From: Planctomycetota bacterium
Lineage (GTDB): Bacteria; Planctomycetota; SZUA-567; H5-PLA8
Assembly: GCA_045863855.1 (NCBI GenBank)
Contig: BTVV01000008.1
Span: 32,001-96,000 of the forward strand
DNA length: 64,000 nt
Direction of reading: 5' to 3'
The first letter of the stretch is position 1. Every line of letters starts with the position of its first letter. Below are positions 38,234 through 48,384 of the stretch, piece after piece. A program made the position numbers and the translations under genes. The notes under the pieces are model-generated. The model worked only from the letters and a program-made list of their open reading frames with translations. It was not told where the DNA came from and made no database searches.

Positions 38234-40618
38234 TCAGTGCCCTCCGATCGCGATGGTCCGGCTCCACTCGGTCTGGATCTCGACGAGTTTCTTGTACTCG
38301 CCGTTCTCCTTGGCCATCAGTTCGAGGTGCGTGCCCTCTTCGGCGACGCGCCCGTCCTTGACCACCACCAGCCGGTCGGCGTGCCGCAGTGTGCTCAGCC
38401 GGTGCGCGATGGCGATGGTCGTGCGGCCCTTGACCAGATTCGAGAGCGCCAACTGGATCTTCGCTTCGGTGATCGTGTCCACGCTGCTGGTCGCTTCGTC
38501 CAGGATCAGGATTCTCGGATTGTGCAGGATCGCCCGCGCGATCGAGATGCGCTGGCGCTCGCCGCCCGAAAGGCGCTGCCCGCGCTCGCCCACCACCGTG
38601 TCGTAGCCGTCGGGCAGTTTCATGATGTACTCGTGCGCATTGGCCGCCACCGCCGCCTCGATCACTTCCTTGCGCGTGGCCTCGGGGCGCGCGTACGCGA
38701 TGTTCTCGGCGATCGTTCCGCTGAACAGGAACGTGTCCTGCAGGACGAAGCCAAGCTGGCGGCGCAGGTCGCTGACGCGGATTTCCTTGACGTTCACGCC
38801 GTCGACCAGAATCTCGCCTTCGTCGCAGTCGTACAACCGTCCAATCAGATTGATCAACGTGCTCTTGCCCGCGCCGCTGGAACCCACCAATCCGATCATC
38901 TCGCCGGGCTTCAGGTCCAGGCTCAGTCCCTTGAGCACCTGCGTATGTTTCTCGTAGCCGAAGACAACCTGCTTGAGTTCGATGTGCCCCTGGATATTCG
39001 GCATGGGGCGCGCCGCCGACTCGTCCTTGATCTCCGGCTCCGTATCGAGAATCTCGAAGACGCGCGCGGCGGCCGTCAGGCTGCGTGTGAACCAGTCGTT
39101 CAGCCGCGAGAGCAGTTGAAGCGGGCCGTAAATCATGCCCAGATAGCTGACGTAGGCCATCAGGCCGCCGAGCGTCAGGCGTCCGCCGTATACTTCGAAG
39201 GCTCCGAAGTACCAGACCAGCAGCGTCGAAGACTGCACGACCAGGTTCAGGAGTGGGATGACCGTCTGCCAGGTGGTCTCGGCGTCGATCATATGGTCCC
39301 GCGCGGTGCCCGATTTGCGCTCGAAGCGCTCGACCTCGTCGTTTTCGCGCCCAAAGGCTTTGATCACGCGAGCGCCCGAAAGCGCGTCGTTCAGGTACGC
39401 CGAGACGGCCGACATGCTGGAATACGCGAGCCGCCAGCGCCGGTGCAGGTAGCGCCAGACAAAGCCCGAGATAATCACCACCAGCGGCGCGGGCACCAGC
39501 ACCAGGAATCCCAAGAACGGATTCATGATCAAGAGGGTCGCCGAAACGCCCACGATCACGAGAATGTTCACGACCGTGTACTGAATCCCTTCCGTCAGGA
39601 AACCCTGCATCTGGCGCGCGTCGCTGTTGATCCGGCTCATCAGAGCGCCGGTCTGGTGCTTGGTAAAGAAACTCATGGAGAGTTGCTGCAAGTGGTTGAA
39701 TGCCTGTTGTTGGATGCGGGTGGTGATATGGCTGCCCACCCACACGCCCAAGCGCGCCTGGAACATGCCCGTCGCATGCCGCAGCAGCATCACCAAGCCC
39801 ATCAGCACGACCATCATGAGCATCAAGCCGCTGCGCGAATCGCTGATCAGCGCGCGGTCCACGACGATACGCATGATTTGCGGCGGAACGAGATTCAGGA
39901 GCATCTCGAAGATCATCAGGCCGCCCATGGCGGCGATCTGCTTCTTGTACGGGCCGGCGAACTTGAGGATCCGCAGCATGGTATTGCCGCGTTTGATGCA
40001 GAAGGGGCAGACTTTCGAATTTTTCGGGTACGCGCGGCCGCATTCGCCGCAGAGAAGATCGCGTTGCTTGGCGAGCAGTTCGTCGAAGTTGAGCACCGGC
40101 GGCGCGGAGGTTTTCTCCGGCTTTGCTTCGGGCTCCGTCGGCTTGCCTTCTTCGGCCGCGCGCTTGGCCGCTTCGCGCTTCTTCTTTTCTTCGCGCTTGG
40201 GGGCGACGAACTTATCGATCTGCCCCGCGATGCCGCCAAACAGCGAGGCTTGACCGCTGTCGTAGCGCAGCACTTCCTCGGGTTGGCCGGCTACGTCGAG
40301 GATCAGCACCCCGCCGCCCGTTACGCTTTGCGAGCGCGCGCCCATCACGTGGTTCAGCGGAGCGGTCCAAGCCACTTGCGCCGGATGACCGTTGCGGACC
40401 ACCACCGCGATCTGCTCGGTCCCCACCGCCAGCCAGCATTCGCCGAAGCGGCCGTCCAAGCGCATCTTGCTTTGCACGCAAATCTGACACGAAGGCGGGC
40501 GCAGGCCGTGGCTAGCCAGCGTTCGGGCGACATCCTCGGGCACGCGCTGCAAGCTGACCGTGCGCCACTCGGAGGCCGGTTCGGGGGGCGTATCCTTCTT
40601 TAAGATCAAATGCAGCAA
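38234..40618 (-). CDS. ABC exporter (fused TMD + NBD) with an N-terminal extension containing a CxxC/CxxC zinc ribbon
   Basis: GSSGAGKST, LSGGERQR, ILILDEATS, IAHRLST; membrane domain; CGEC...CPFC upstream of it. Start uncertain. Confidence 0.92.
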   Translation of the reverse strand: MLHLILKKDTPPEPASEWRTVSLQRVPEDVARTLASHGLRPPSCQICVQSKMRLDGRFGECWLAVGTEQIAVVVRNGHPAQVAWTAPLNHVMGARSQSVTGGGVLILDVAGQPEEVLRYDSGQASLFGGIAGQIDKFVAPKREEKKKREAAKRAAEEGKPTEPEAKPEKTSAPPVLNFDELLAKQRDLLCGECGRAYPKNSKVCPFCIKRGNTMLRILKFAGPYKKQIAAMGGLMIFEMLLNLVPPQIMRIVVDRALISDSRSGLMLMMVVLMGLVMLLRHATGMFQARLGVWVGSHITTRIQQQAFNHLQQLSMSFFTKHQTGALMSRINSDARQMQGFLTEGIQYTVVNILVIVGVSATLLIMNPFLGFLVLVPAPLVVIISGFVWRYLHRRWRLAYSSMSAVSAYLNDALSGARVIKAFGRENDEVERFERKSGTARDHMIDAETTWQTVIPLLNLVVQSSTLLVWYFGAFEVYGGRLTLGGLMAYVSYLGMIYGPLQLLSRLNDWFTRSLTAAARVFEILDTEPEIKDESAARPMPNIQGHIELKQVVFGYEKHTQVLKGLSLDLKPGEMIGLVGSSGAGKSTLINLIGRLYDCDEGEILVDGVNVKEIRVSDLRRQLGFVLQDTFLFSGTIAENIAYARPEATRKEVIEAAVAANAHEYIMKLPDGYDTVVGERGQRLSGGERQRISIARAILHNPRILILDEATSSVDTITEAKIQLALSNLVKGRTTIAIAHRLSTLRHADRLVVVKDGRVAEEGTHLELMAKENGEYKKLVEIQTEWSRTIAIGGH

Positions 40619-40790
40619 CCTCTGTTCTGCGGCTAGCCGACTCGACCAAGAAGCGTGGGTTCGCTCTGATATCGAATCCCTAACTAACCCGGTGCCATAA
40701 AGAAAATCAACCGGGATAATCTAAAGGGGTCACATTTCTTGACTTAGAGAAGTTTACAAAGACATATTAGCCCGCACAGGAGCAGACCTC

Positions 40791-41291
40791 TTATGGTGCA
40801 GGCGGAGGAGCGGGAGCTTTTTGAGCGGCTAAAAACTCAACCATTTCCAGCAGCTCTTTGACTTTAAGTTCGCCTTGGTACTCCGGCATGCGGGACTTTC
40901 CGTCCACCGTGTATAGGCCGTCGCCTTGCGCCAGTTGAGCGTTGGGGTTTACGATCGATTCGATCAGGCGTTCCCGATCCAGGCGCGCGCCCACGCCCGT
41001 CAGCTCCGGACCGAACTGCGGACTGATCGTCGCGGGCAGGTCGTCAACGCCTTGCAGTACGTGGCATAGAAAACACTGCTGCTTGATATAGACCGCCTTG
41101 CCGCGTTCGGCGGCTTCGGTACGCGCGGCGCCTTCGGAGGGCCACGGCCAAGCCGGCGGCGCGGATCCGGGCTCGGCGCCGTGCAGCCTGGACTTGCCCC
41201 GCTTAACCATCGCATATTGGCCGAGGTAATAGCCCACGCCCATTCCGACGAGGACCATGAAGAACGTGATCGCGCGCGCAAGATTATTCAT
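40791..41291 (-). CDS. Membrane-anchored monoheme cytochrome c
   Basis: N-terminal TM helix, CFLCH heme motif, GPELTGVG, distal SRMP Met. Confidence 0.85.
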   Translation of the reverse strand: MNNLARAITFFMVLVGMGVGYYLGQYAMVKRGKSRLHGAEPGSAPPAWPWPSEGAARTEAAERGKAVYIKQQCFLCHVLQGVDDLPATISPQFGPELTGVGARLDRERLIESIVNPNAQLAQGDGLYTVDGKSRMPEYQGELKVKELLEMVEFLAAQKAPAPPPAP

Positions 41292-41330
41292 CGCGCAACG
41301 ATGCTAAAACCTCGCGCCGCGCTTCTCAAC

Positions 41331-42539
41331 CTACTGCGCGGCCACCGGCGACGCCGCATGCTTGCCGCAGAGTTTGATCTTTTCGGCCGCTTCGTCGAGT
41401 TGCTGCTCGGTCCAGTCCAGTCCGATGCCGATCGAAACCGTGCGCGAGAGATGCTCCAGCGTCCGCGGCAGCGCGTCGACCGTGTAGGCCTGCGCTTTCC
41501 CCGCTTCCGTCGTCGCCAGCGGATCGCGCCCAGGATGAAACGCACCGCGGCGCTTGATGAGCGGCTCCCAGTTCGAGTAAACGTGGCGTCCGCTGTCGTA
41601 GGGAAGTCCTGCGCTCAGTTGCCGCTTGGCGGCTTCCGCCGCGAAGGCTTGTGCCTGCGCGCGGTTCTCGAGCCGAAGAAACATGGCCGTACCGGCGAAG
41701 CCGGCGAGGTCGTGAACAGGAGCGAATTCGAACGTCGCGGGCCGGCCCAGCCGTTCGCGCAGACCGTGATTGCGCGCGCGCAGCCGGCTCAGGATGCCTT
41801 CCAGCCGCTTCAACTGGACGCGCATCACCGCCGCGCGCATCTCGTCGAAGCGATAGTTCTCGCCGGCGAAGACGGGGACTTTCAGTTCCGGCGCGTCGTC
41901 GCGCCACGCCGTGCCCGTGTCGTGCTGGATGCGCGCGCGTTGCCAGACCTTCTCGTCGCTCGTCACCATCGCGCCGCCTTCGCCGCAGGTGAGTATCTTG
42001 TAGAAGTTGAAGCTGTACGCGCCGGCGCGGCCCCACGTGCCCGTGCGCTTGCCGCGGTAGCTTCCGCCCACGCACTGGCACGCGTCCTCGATCACCATCG
42101 CGTTCCGTTCGCTCGCGATCTTCAGGATCGGCTCCAGGTCCGCCACGTGCCCCATCATATGCACGGGCACGATGGCTTTCGTGCGCGGGCCGATCTTGCG
42201 CGCCACATCCAGCGGATCGAGCATCAGGCCCGCGTCCACTTCGGTAAGCACCGGAACCGCACCGATGTTCAGCACCGCCAGCGCAGTGGCCATGAACGTG
42301 TAGCCCGGCACCAGGACCTCGTCGCCGGGCTCGACTCCCGCGCCGACCAGCGCGCAGATCAGCGCCGACGTGCCGCTGTTGACGGCCAGCGTGTGCTTCG
42401 CGCCCATATGCGCGCCGAGTTCGCGCTCGAAGTGGTCCGTCTCCGTGGGCTTTTCGGGCGTGCCCCCGAAGCGGAAAAGCTTCTTACCGCGAATCAACCG
42501 CGCCAGCGCCTCGATCTCTTCTTCGCCGATCTCGTACAT
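41331..42539 (-). CDS. DegT/DnrJ/EryC1/StrS PLP-dependent aminotransferase
   Basis: NSGTSAL, PGYTFMAT, IEDACQ, SFNFYK (PLP Lys), GEGG. Confidence 0.93.
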   Translation of the reverse strand: MYEIGEEEIEALARLIRGKKLFRFGGTPEKPTETDHFERELGAHMGAKHTLAVNSGTSALICALVGAGVEPGDEVLVPGYTFMATALAVLNIGAVPVLTEVDAGLMLDPLDVARKIGPRTKAIVPVHMMGHVADLEPILKIASERNAMVIEDACQCVGGSYRGKRTGTWGRAGAYSFNFYKILTCGEGGAMVTSDEKVWQRARIQHDTGTAWRDDAPELKVPVFAGENYRFDEMRAAVMRVQLKRLEGILSRLRARNHGLRERLGRPATFEFAPVHDLAGFAGTAMFLRLENRAQAQAFAAEAAKRQLSAGLPYDSGRHVYSNWEPLIKRRGAFHPGRDPLATTEAGKAQAYTVDALPRTLEHLSRTVSIGIGLDWTEQQLDEAAEKIKLCGKHAASPVAAQ

Positions 42540-42590
42540 GGTCGTGTTCCTCTCGGGTGCCGCTCGTGGTTCAATCCAACGTTCTCACCG

Positions 42591-43613
42591 TCACGCATAT
42601 CCCCGCACGCCCGCCTGCCGGTACAGCCCGCAGGTGCGCGCCACTTCCGATTCCAGTTCCACCGCGCCGATCTCGCGCGCCATCGCACCGATCGACTGCG
42701 CCGGGTCGTTCGACCAGTACAGATGGCAGCCTTCGTCGAAATGGCAGCGGTAACCTACGCGCGCGCCGAAGCGCTGCTTGAAGCCGTCGCCGTCTTCGCC
42801 GGGCCGCCCGGCCCACGAGACAATCCGCGCGTAGCTCAAATCGAGTTCGTGGACCACCGTGGGCTGTTCATCGGGCGCCTGCGCGGCGATGTGACCCGTC
42901 GGGTCGATCACGTGCGCCGTGCGCCCCCAGGTGGCCGAGACGATGTAGTAGCGGTGCCAGTGCGCGCGGGCGAGCGCGTGAACCGTGCCCGGACGGAAGG
43001 TCGGCCAGACCACCAGTTCCGCGCCTTGCCGCGCCAGGTCCTGCCAGCCGATATCGAAGAGATCGTCGAAGCAGATCTGCAAACCCAGCTTTCCGAAATC
43101 GCACGAAAAGACCGGAACTTCGGCGCCCGGAACGGTTCCTTGTTCGAACGTCTCTTCGTCTTTTCGCACGGCCAGGTGCCGCTTGCGGTACAGGCCTTCG
43201 AGTTCCCCGTTGCGCCCGATCAGCAGCGCCGCGTTGGAGACGCGATCTTCTTCTTGCAGGATCAGCGGCAGCACGGCGTAGCTGTTCAGCTTCCGCGCCG
43301 CGTTCGAAAAGGCTTCGCGGACGGCGCCCGAATAGGGGAGCGCCCGCGCCGCCGCATCGCCTTCCATGCCGCCGGTGACGCACATCTCCGGCAGCACCGC
43401 CAGGTCCACGCCGCGCCCGTATGCGTGGCGGGCTTCGCCGTCCATTCGCTCCAGCAGTCCGGTCAACTGCTTCAGCCGCTCATCCACGCCGGGGTACGCG
43501 CCCCAGAAGCTGCGGTGCGAGGTCCCCACGATCACCTTCCGCGGCGGCAGGTGCGACGTCGTGGGACTGCGCGGCCAGTCGCTGGCGTCGGGCTGGGACT
43601 TGGATGCAGGCAT
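42591..43613 (-). CDS. Carbon-nitrogen hydrolase (nitrilase superfamily)
   Basis: Catalytic triad LPE, YRKRH, QICFD. Confidence 0.9.
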   Translation of the reverse strand: MPASKSQPDASDWPRSPTTSHLPPRKVIVGTSHRSFWGAYPGVDERLKQLTGLLERMDGEARHAYGRGVDLAVLPEMCVTGGMEGDAAARALPYSGAVREAFSNAARKLNSYAVLPLILQEEDRVSNAALLIGRNGELEGLYRKRHLAVRKDEETFEQGTVPGAEVPVFSCDFGKLGLQICFDDLFDIGWQDLARQGAELVVWPTFRPGTVHALARAHWHRYYIVSATWGRTAHVIDPTGHIAAQAPDEQPTVVHELDLSYARIVSWAGRPGEDGDGFKQRFGARVGYRCHFDEGCHLYWSNDPAQSIGAMAREIGAVELESEVARTCGLYRQAGVRGYA

Positions 43614-43638
43614 CGCCGGTCCTCCTCGTGCGGGATTC

Positions 43639-45462
43639 TTATTTCACCGCCAACTTGGCTTCGGCCGCCTTGGCCCACGGGCTGCCCGCGAATTTGCTCA
43701 TGACTTGCTTAAGGATTTCCTGCGCCCGCGCCGTGTCGCCGGCCATGCGCACGTACTCGGCCATGTAATAACCGTCCTGAGCTTCGAGTTCCTTCTGGTC
43801 CATCTTGAGGAAGCGCTCGCGCGCGGGAATCGTGCCCGCCATGGGCTTGCAGTCCGGGCCGATGGGCGGCCAGGCCAGATTGCCGAAGAAGGCCGGCTTG
43901 GACTTCAGGTACAGCGACGGAGGAAGCTCCTTGGACGCGATCTTGGGATCCCACTGCGTCTGCTTCGAGATGGAATCGTAGTTCCCGTGCCGCAGCAGCG
44001 TCTGCGCGACCTGTGGATCGTCGTCCGTCGTGCCGCTGGGGTTCTTGCTGCCCAAGCGGTAGATGATCGGTTTGCCCAGGTTGTACCCCTGCACTTCGCC
44101 CTCCAGGCCCTCGAGCCCGAAGACGTTGCCGATCGCGTTCGTGTAGCGGTTGAACGCGTCCACGCGCAGGCCGATCCGCGCCATCATCGGCGTTCCGTCC
44201 AGCTTGCGGACGTCCAGATCGGCATAGTTGCGGAATATCGTGTTGTGGCTCGAAGAGCCCCAGTAGTTGTCCATGCTGATCGAAGAGACGTGATTCCCTT
44301 CGACCAGGTTCATGTACGGATGCGCGCCGTGGAAGCTGATGTCGTTGTGCGCCCAGTCGGTGTCGGGGAAATCGCGGCCCCAGCAGCGCTCCGAGAAGTT
44401 GTACGCCACCACGTTGCCCGGGCCCGCGCATTCCAGCATGTATCCGGCGTTGGTGCTGAAGCTGACGTTGTTCTCCACCAGCGTGTCGGTGCTGTGCGCG
44501 AAGACCCAGACGCCGTAGCCGTGGCCCGCGCCGTAGCCGTGGGCGTGGTGGAAGTAGCTGTCGCGCACCTCGCAGCCCAGGCAATTCTGCATCGAGACAT
44601 GCCCCGCGTACCAGCCGCGCGCGGATTCGATGTTCTTCACCCAACAGTGGATCCCGTTCCAGATCTTGATCGTCGAGCTGTTGTCCTTGCGTTTATGCAG
44701 CGTCTCGAGGTACAGATCCTCGACGCCCGTGAACGAGATCGTCTTATCGGTGGTCCGAATCGCCTCCGGGGCGAACTCGGCCTTGAACTCGTGGTACAGC
44801 GGGCGGCTTAAAGTCACCTCGTTGCCATTCTTGGCCGTCACCTGGACCAGTTGCGCCATGGCGCGCTCGCCTTTGTCTCGTCCGGCCCACCCGCACACGC
44901 CGCCGGCGCCCGCCACGCTCGCGATGGCCGGGTCGTTCTTCTGATCGATCTTCAGCACATCGCCGACTTTGATGCGAGCGGTGTCCGCCAGTGTGAGCTG
45001 GGTTGAGCCTTTCGTGTGGCCTTTCAGAATCTTCGTCGGTATCGCGTTGTCGAAATTGCAGATGCCGATCGTGTGCTTCTCGGTGGCCTCGTTGATCAGA
45101 CGCGTCTTGTCCGGACCTTCCCCGCGCAGGACCACGCCGCTCTTGGCGAGATTCAGTATCGCCGTGAGCCGGTAGGTTCCGGCCGGAATCAGCACCGCAT
45201 GCTTCTCGGGGCACGCGTCGATCGCTTTCTGGATCGCCGCCGTATCGTCTGCTTTGCCGTCGCCCACGGCGCCGTAGGCCGCGTCCTTCACGCTGGCGAA
45301 GACCGGATAATGCGGGATGCCACCCGGCACTCCGGGGCTCCATGGGATGCAACGGTCCTCGGGCAGCAGCCCGGATTCCGCGGCCGCCGGCCGTTGCCAC
45401 GCCGTCAGCGCGGCCATGCACAGGCCGGCGATGAGCACCGTACGATGTCCTTGAGCTTGCAT
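43639..45462 (-). CDS. Secreted right-handed beta-helix (pectate lyase-like) protein, paralog A
   Basis: Signal peptide; YGAVGDGKADDTAAIQKAI...PAGTYRL, VVLRGEG; beta-helix repeats; C-terminal TPR-like helices. Confidence 0.85.
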   Translation of the reverse strand: MQAQGHRTVLIAGLCMAALTAWQRPAAAESGLLPEDRCIPWSPGVPGGIPHYPVFASVKDAAYGAVGDGKADDTAAIQKAIDACPEKHAVLIPAGTYRLTAILNLAKSGVVLRGEGPDKTRLINEATEKHTIGICNFDNAIPTKILKGHTKGSTQLTLADTARIKVGDVLKIDQKNDPAIASVAGAGGVCGWAGRDKGERAMAQLVQVTAKNGNEVTLSRPLYHEFKAEFAPEAIRTTDKTISFTGVEDLYLETLHKRKDNSSTIKIWNGIHCWVKNIESARGWYAGHVSMQNCLGCEVRDSYFHHAHGYGAGHGYGVWVFAHSTDTLVENNVSFSTNAGYMLECAGPGNVVAYNFSERCWGRDFPDTDWAHNDISFHGAHPYMNLVEGNHVSSISMDNYWGSSSHNTIFRNYADLDVRKLDGTPMMARIGLRVDAFNRYTNAIGNVFGLEGLEGEVQGYNLGKPIIYRLGSKNPSGTTDDDPQVAQTLLRHGNYDSISKQTQWDPKIASKELPPSLYLKSKPAFFGNLAWPPIGPDCKPMAGTIPARERFLKMDQKELEAQDGYYMAEYVRMAGDTARAQEILKQVMSKFAGSPWAKAAEAKLAVK

Positions 45463-45523
45463 AGTGTGCCCCTCTCGTACCGCTTGGGTTTCGAATCGTT
45501 CCGCGTGCGGTCCTTGCCCGCGG

Positions 45524-47338
45524 TTACTTCTGCGCCGCCTGTTCAAGCAATTTCTTCGCTTCCGCGCCGTAAGGCGTGTCGGCGTAGCGTTCGGCCGCGG
45601 TCTTCAGCGCTTCCGCGGCGGCTTCGGACTTTCCTGCGGCTTGCAGGTATTGACCCAGGTAGAGCCGATCCTGCGCTTCGCGTATACGCGCCGGCATCTT
45701 AAGGAATCGTTCCTGAGCCGGGATGCGCCCGGCCATCGGGCTCGCGTCCGGGCCGATGGCCGGCCACGCCAGCGCGCCGAACCATGCCGGCTTGGCCGTG
45801 AGGTACAGCGACGGCGGCAGCTTCCGTTCCGCCGTCGAACTGTCCCACTGCGTCTGCTTCGTCACGTGGTCGAAGTTCCCATGCCGGAAAAGCGTCTGCG
45901 CGACCTTCGGATCTCCGGGGTGCCCCAGCGACCAGACATGCGGCTTCGAGAAATCGCTCATCGTCTCGTACTGCGCCGCGATCCCTTCGTGCCCCAGCAC
46001 GTTGCCCACCGCGCTGGTGAAGCAGCTCGCTTTGTCGATGCGCAGCCCGATGACGTTCTGCGTCATCGCCTTGCCGTCCAAATTCAGGCTGCGCATGTCC
46101 GCCGCGTTGCGGAAGAGCGTGTTGTGGCTCGACGAGCCCCAGTAAAAGTCGAAGAAGATCGCGGAGACCGCGTTGCCTTCGAAGAGGTTCAGGAACGGAT
46201 GCGCCGCGTGGTGGACCAGATCGGCGTGGACCCAGTTCGTATCCGGAAAGTCGCGCCCGAAAATGCGCGTGGAGAAGTTGTAGGCGATCACGTTGCCCGG
46301 CCCGCAGCAACCGATGTTCACGCCCGAATTCAGATTGTAGAAGACGTTATTCTCGACCAGCGTGTCGGTGGTCTTGCCGAAGACCATCACGCCGTAGCCG
46401 TGCCCCGAACCGTAAGCATGAGCGTGGTGGAAGTAGCTGTCGCGAATCTCGCAGCCCAAGCAGTTTTGCGTGCTCACGTGCCCCAAGTCCCAGCCGCGCG
46501 CGCATTCGACGTTCTTCACCCAGCAGTGCATCGCGTTCCAGATTTTCACCGTCGAGCCGTTCTTGCGCTTCGGCGCGATCAGTTCGAGATACAGATCTTC
46601 AAGCCCCGAACCCGAGACGATCTTGTCCGAGGTGCGGCAAACTTCCGGCGCCAGCGCCTCCTGCAGCGCAAAGGCCAGCGGGCGGCTCAGTGTCAGCGTA
46701 TTGCCTTCTTTGGCGCTGAGTTGCACCAACTGGCCCATCCCGCGCTTTCCGCCCTCGCGGCCCGCCCACGTGCACGTCCCGCCCTGGCCTTCGATCAGGA
46801 CGCACGCGCTGTCGTTCAACTGGTCGATCAGAAGCAGATCGCCGGTCTTCAAGCGCGAGGCGTCGGCGACTTCGATCGAGGTCGAACCCTTCGCGAAGCC
46901 TTTGACGATCTTCGAGCCCCATGGATTGTCCCAGCCGCCAAAAAGGATTGCGTGCTTCTCGTCGGCCGTGTTGATCAGCTTGGTCTTGTCCGGACCCTCG
47001 CCGCGCAGCACCACGCCGTTCTTAACCATGTTGAGCTGGGCGGTGAGCCGGTAGGTTCCGGCCGGCAGCAGCACCGCGTGCTTTTCGGGACAGGCGTCGA
47101 TCGCCTTCTGGATCGCCGCCGTATCGTCGGCCGTCCCGTCGCCCACCGCGCCGTACGCCGCGTCTTTGACGCTCGCAAAGACCGGGTACGCCGGAATCCC
47201 GCCCGGTATCCCCGGCTTCCAGTCCATGCGCCGGTCTTCGGGCAGGATCGACGTATCCGCCGCAGCGGCCGGCCGAGCCGCGGCCAGGAGCATCAGGAGA
47301 CTGACCAGACCGGTCCAGAGCAGGCGAGGGGAGCGCAT
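45524..47338 (-). CDS. Secreted right-handed beta-helix (pectate lyase-like) protein, paralog B
   Basis: Same architecture as, and colinear similarity to, paralog A; start placed at MRSPRLL with GGAG upstream. Confidence 0.85.
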   Translation of the reverse strand: MRSPRLLWTGLVSLLMLLAAARPAAAADTSILPEDRRMDWKPGIPGGIPAYPVFASVKDAAYGAVGDGTADDTAAIQKAIDACPEKHAVLLPAGTYRLTAQLNMVKNGVVLRGEGPDKTKLINTADEKHAILFGGWDNPWGSKIVKGFAKGSTSIEVADASRLKTGDLLLIDQLNDSACVLIEGQGGTCTWAGREGGKRGMGQLVQLSAKEGNTLTLSRPLAFALQEALAPEVCRTSDKIVSGSGLEDLYLELIAPKRKNGSTVKIWNAMHCWVKNVECARGWDLGHVSTQNCLGCEIRDSYFHHAHAYGSGHGYGVMVFGKTTDTLVENNVFYNLNSGVNIGCCGPGNVIAYNFSTRIFGRDFPDTNWVHADLVHHAAHPFLNLFEGNAVSAIFFDFYWGSSSHNTLFRNAADMRSLNLDGKAMTQNVIGLRIDKASCFTSAVGNVLGHEGIAAQYETMSDFSKPHVWSLGHPGDPKVAQTLFRHGNFDHVTKQTQWDSSTAERKLPPSLYLTAKPAWFGALAWPAIGPDASPMAGRIPAQERFLKMPARIREAQDRLYLGQYLQAAGKSEAAAEALKTAAERYADTPYGAEAKKLLEQAAQK

Positions 47339-47385
47339 TCGATTCCATCTCCGTTCGAGCCGTTGCAACGCACCGTCCAATGGGA

Positions 47386-48384
47386 TCAGCACGAATCCCG
47401 GGCGATAAAGGGGCAGTCGAGCACCAGCTTGCAAAAGGGCGAGTCGGGATGCTTCAGGCGCCACAGCAGGCGTTCGGCCGCGACGCGCGCCATGGCTTCT
47501 TTATCCACCTTGATCGTCGAGAGCCGCGGCACCGCGTATTCGCCCAGTTCGATCCCGTCCACGCCCAGCACCGCGACATCTTCCGGAATGCGCAGGCCCA
47601 GATCGTGCGCCGCGCGCAGCGCTCCCAGCATGGCGTGGTCCGAACCGAAGAACGCCGTCGGCCGCAATTCCACGGGCCGCTCGAGCAGCCGCCGCGCCAG
47701 CGCGTACCCTTCTTCGGGCACCCCCGTGCAGCCGGCCAGGAAATCGGGGCCCGGTTCCACGTTCGCCAGTTCCAGCGCCCGCCGCGCGCCGTCGTAGATC
47801 TGCGCGGTGAACTCTTCGAGGTTCGTCCGGCGCGCCGAAAAGAGCGCGATCCGTTTGTGCCCTTTCTCCAGAAACACGTTCATCGCATCGAACGCCGCGC
47901 GCCGGTAATCGGCCACCACGCCGTCCGAATGCGTCCCGGGCAGGTAGTTGTCTACCGTCACCACCGGCATGCGCTTGGCGAGCAACGGGACGCGATGCCC
48001 TTGCAGATCGATGCAGATCGCCCCGTCCACGCCGTCCAGTGCGCTCGGCGGTTCGGTCAGATGCGCCGGCCAGTCCACGCCTAATGCCTTCGCACCCAGG
48101 CGGACGGGCGCTTCCAGCGCGGCATTCAGGATCGGCGCGAAGAACGGGTCGCGGCGCAGGTTGGCCTGCCCGCGCACCACGATGGCCAGTGTCGCCGCCA
48201 GCGTCTGCTTCGGCGGCCGGCCGCGGCGCGGCCCCAGCACCAGCCGCGGATAACCCAATTCGCCCAGCACCTGCTCGACTGCGCGGCGTGTGCCTTCCTT
48301 TACATCGATATGCCCGCGCAATACCCGGGAAACGGTGCTGGTGCTGAGCCCGGTTCTTGAGGCGATCTCTTGCAGAGTAGGCAT
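47386..48384 (-). CDS. LacI-family transcriptional regulator
   Basis: MPTLQEIASRTGLSTSTVSRVL HTH; IPEDVAVLGVDG, PRLSTI. Confidence 0.92.
   Translation of the reverse strand: MPTLQEIASRTGLSTSTVSRVLRGHIDVKEGTRRAVEQVLGELGYPRLVLGPRRGRPPKQTLAATLAIVVRGQANLRRDPFFAPILNAALEAPVRLGAKALGVDWPAHLTEPPSALDGVDGAICIDLQGHRVPLLAKRMPVVTVDNYLPGTHSDGVVADYRRAAFDAMNVFLEKGHKRIALFSARRTNLEEFTAQIYDGARRALELANVEPGPDFLAGCTGVPEEGYALARRLLERPVELRPTAFFGSDHAMLGALRAAHDLGLRIPEDVAVLGVDGIELGEYAVPRLSTIKVDKEAMARVAAERLLWRLKHPDSPFCKLVLDCPFIARDSC

Noticed and set aside
38078..43703. 841-aa and 840-aa plus-strand ORFs
   Set aside because: They mirror the ABC, DegT and nitrilase genes; Arg/Ala-rich with no domain signatures.
45464..47797. 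777-aa plus-strand ORF
   Set aside because: Antisense to the beta-helix and LacI genes; no motifs.
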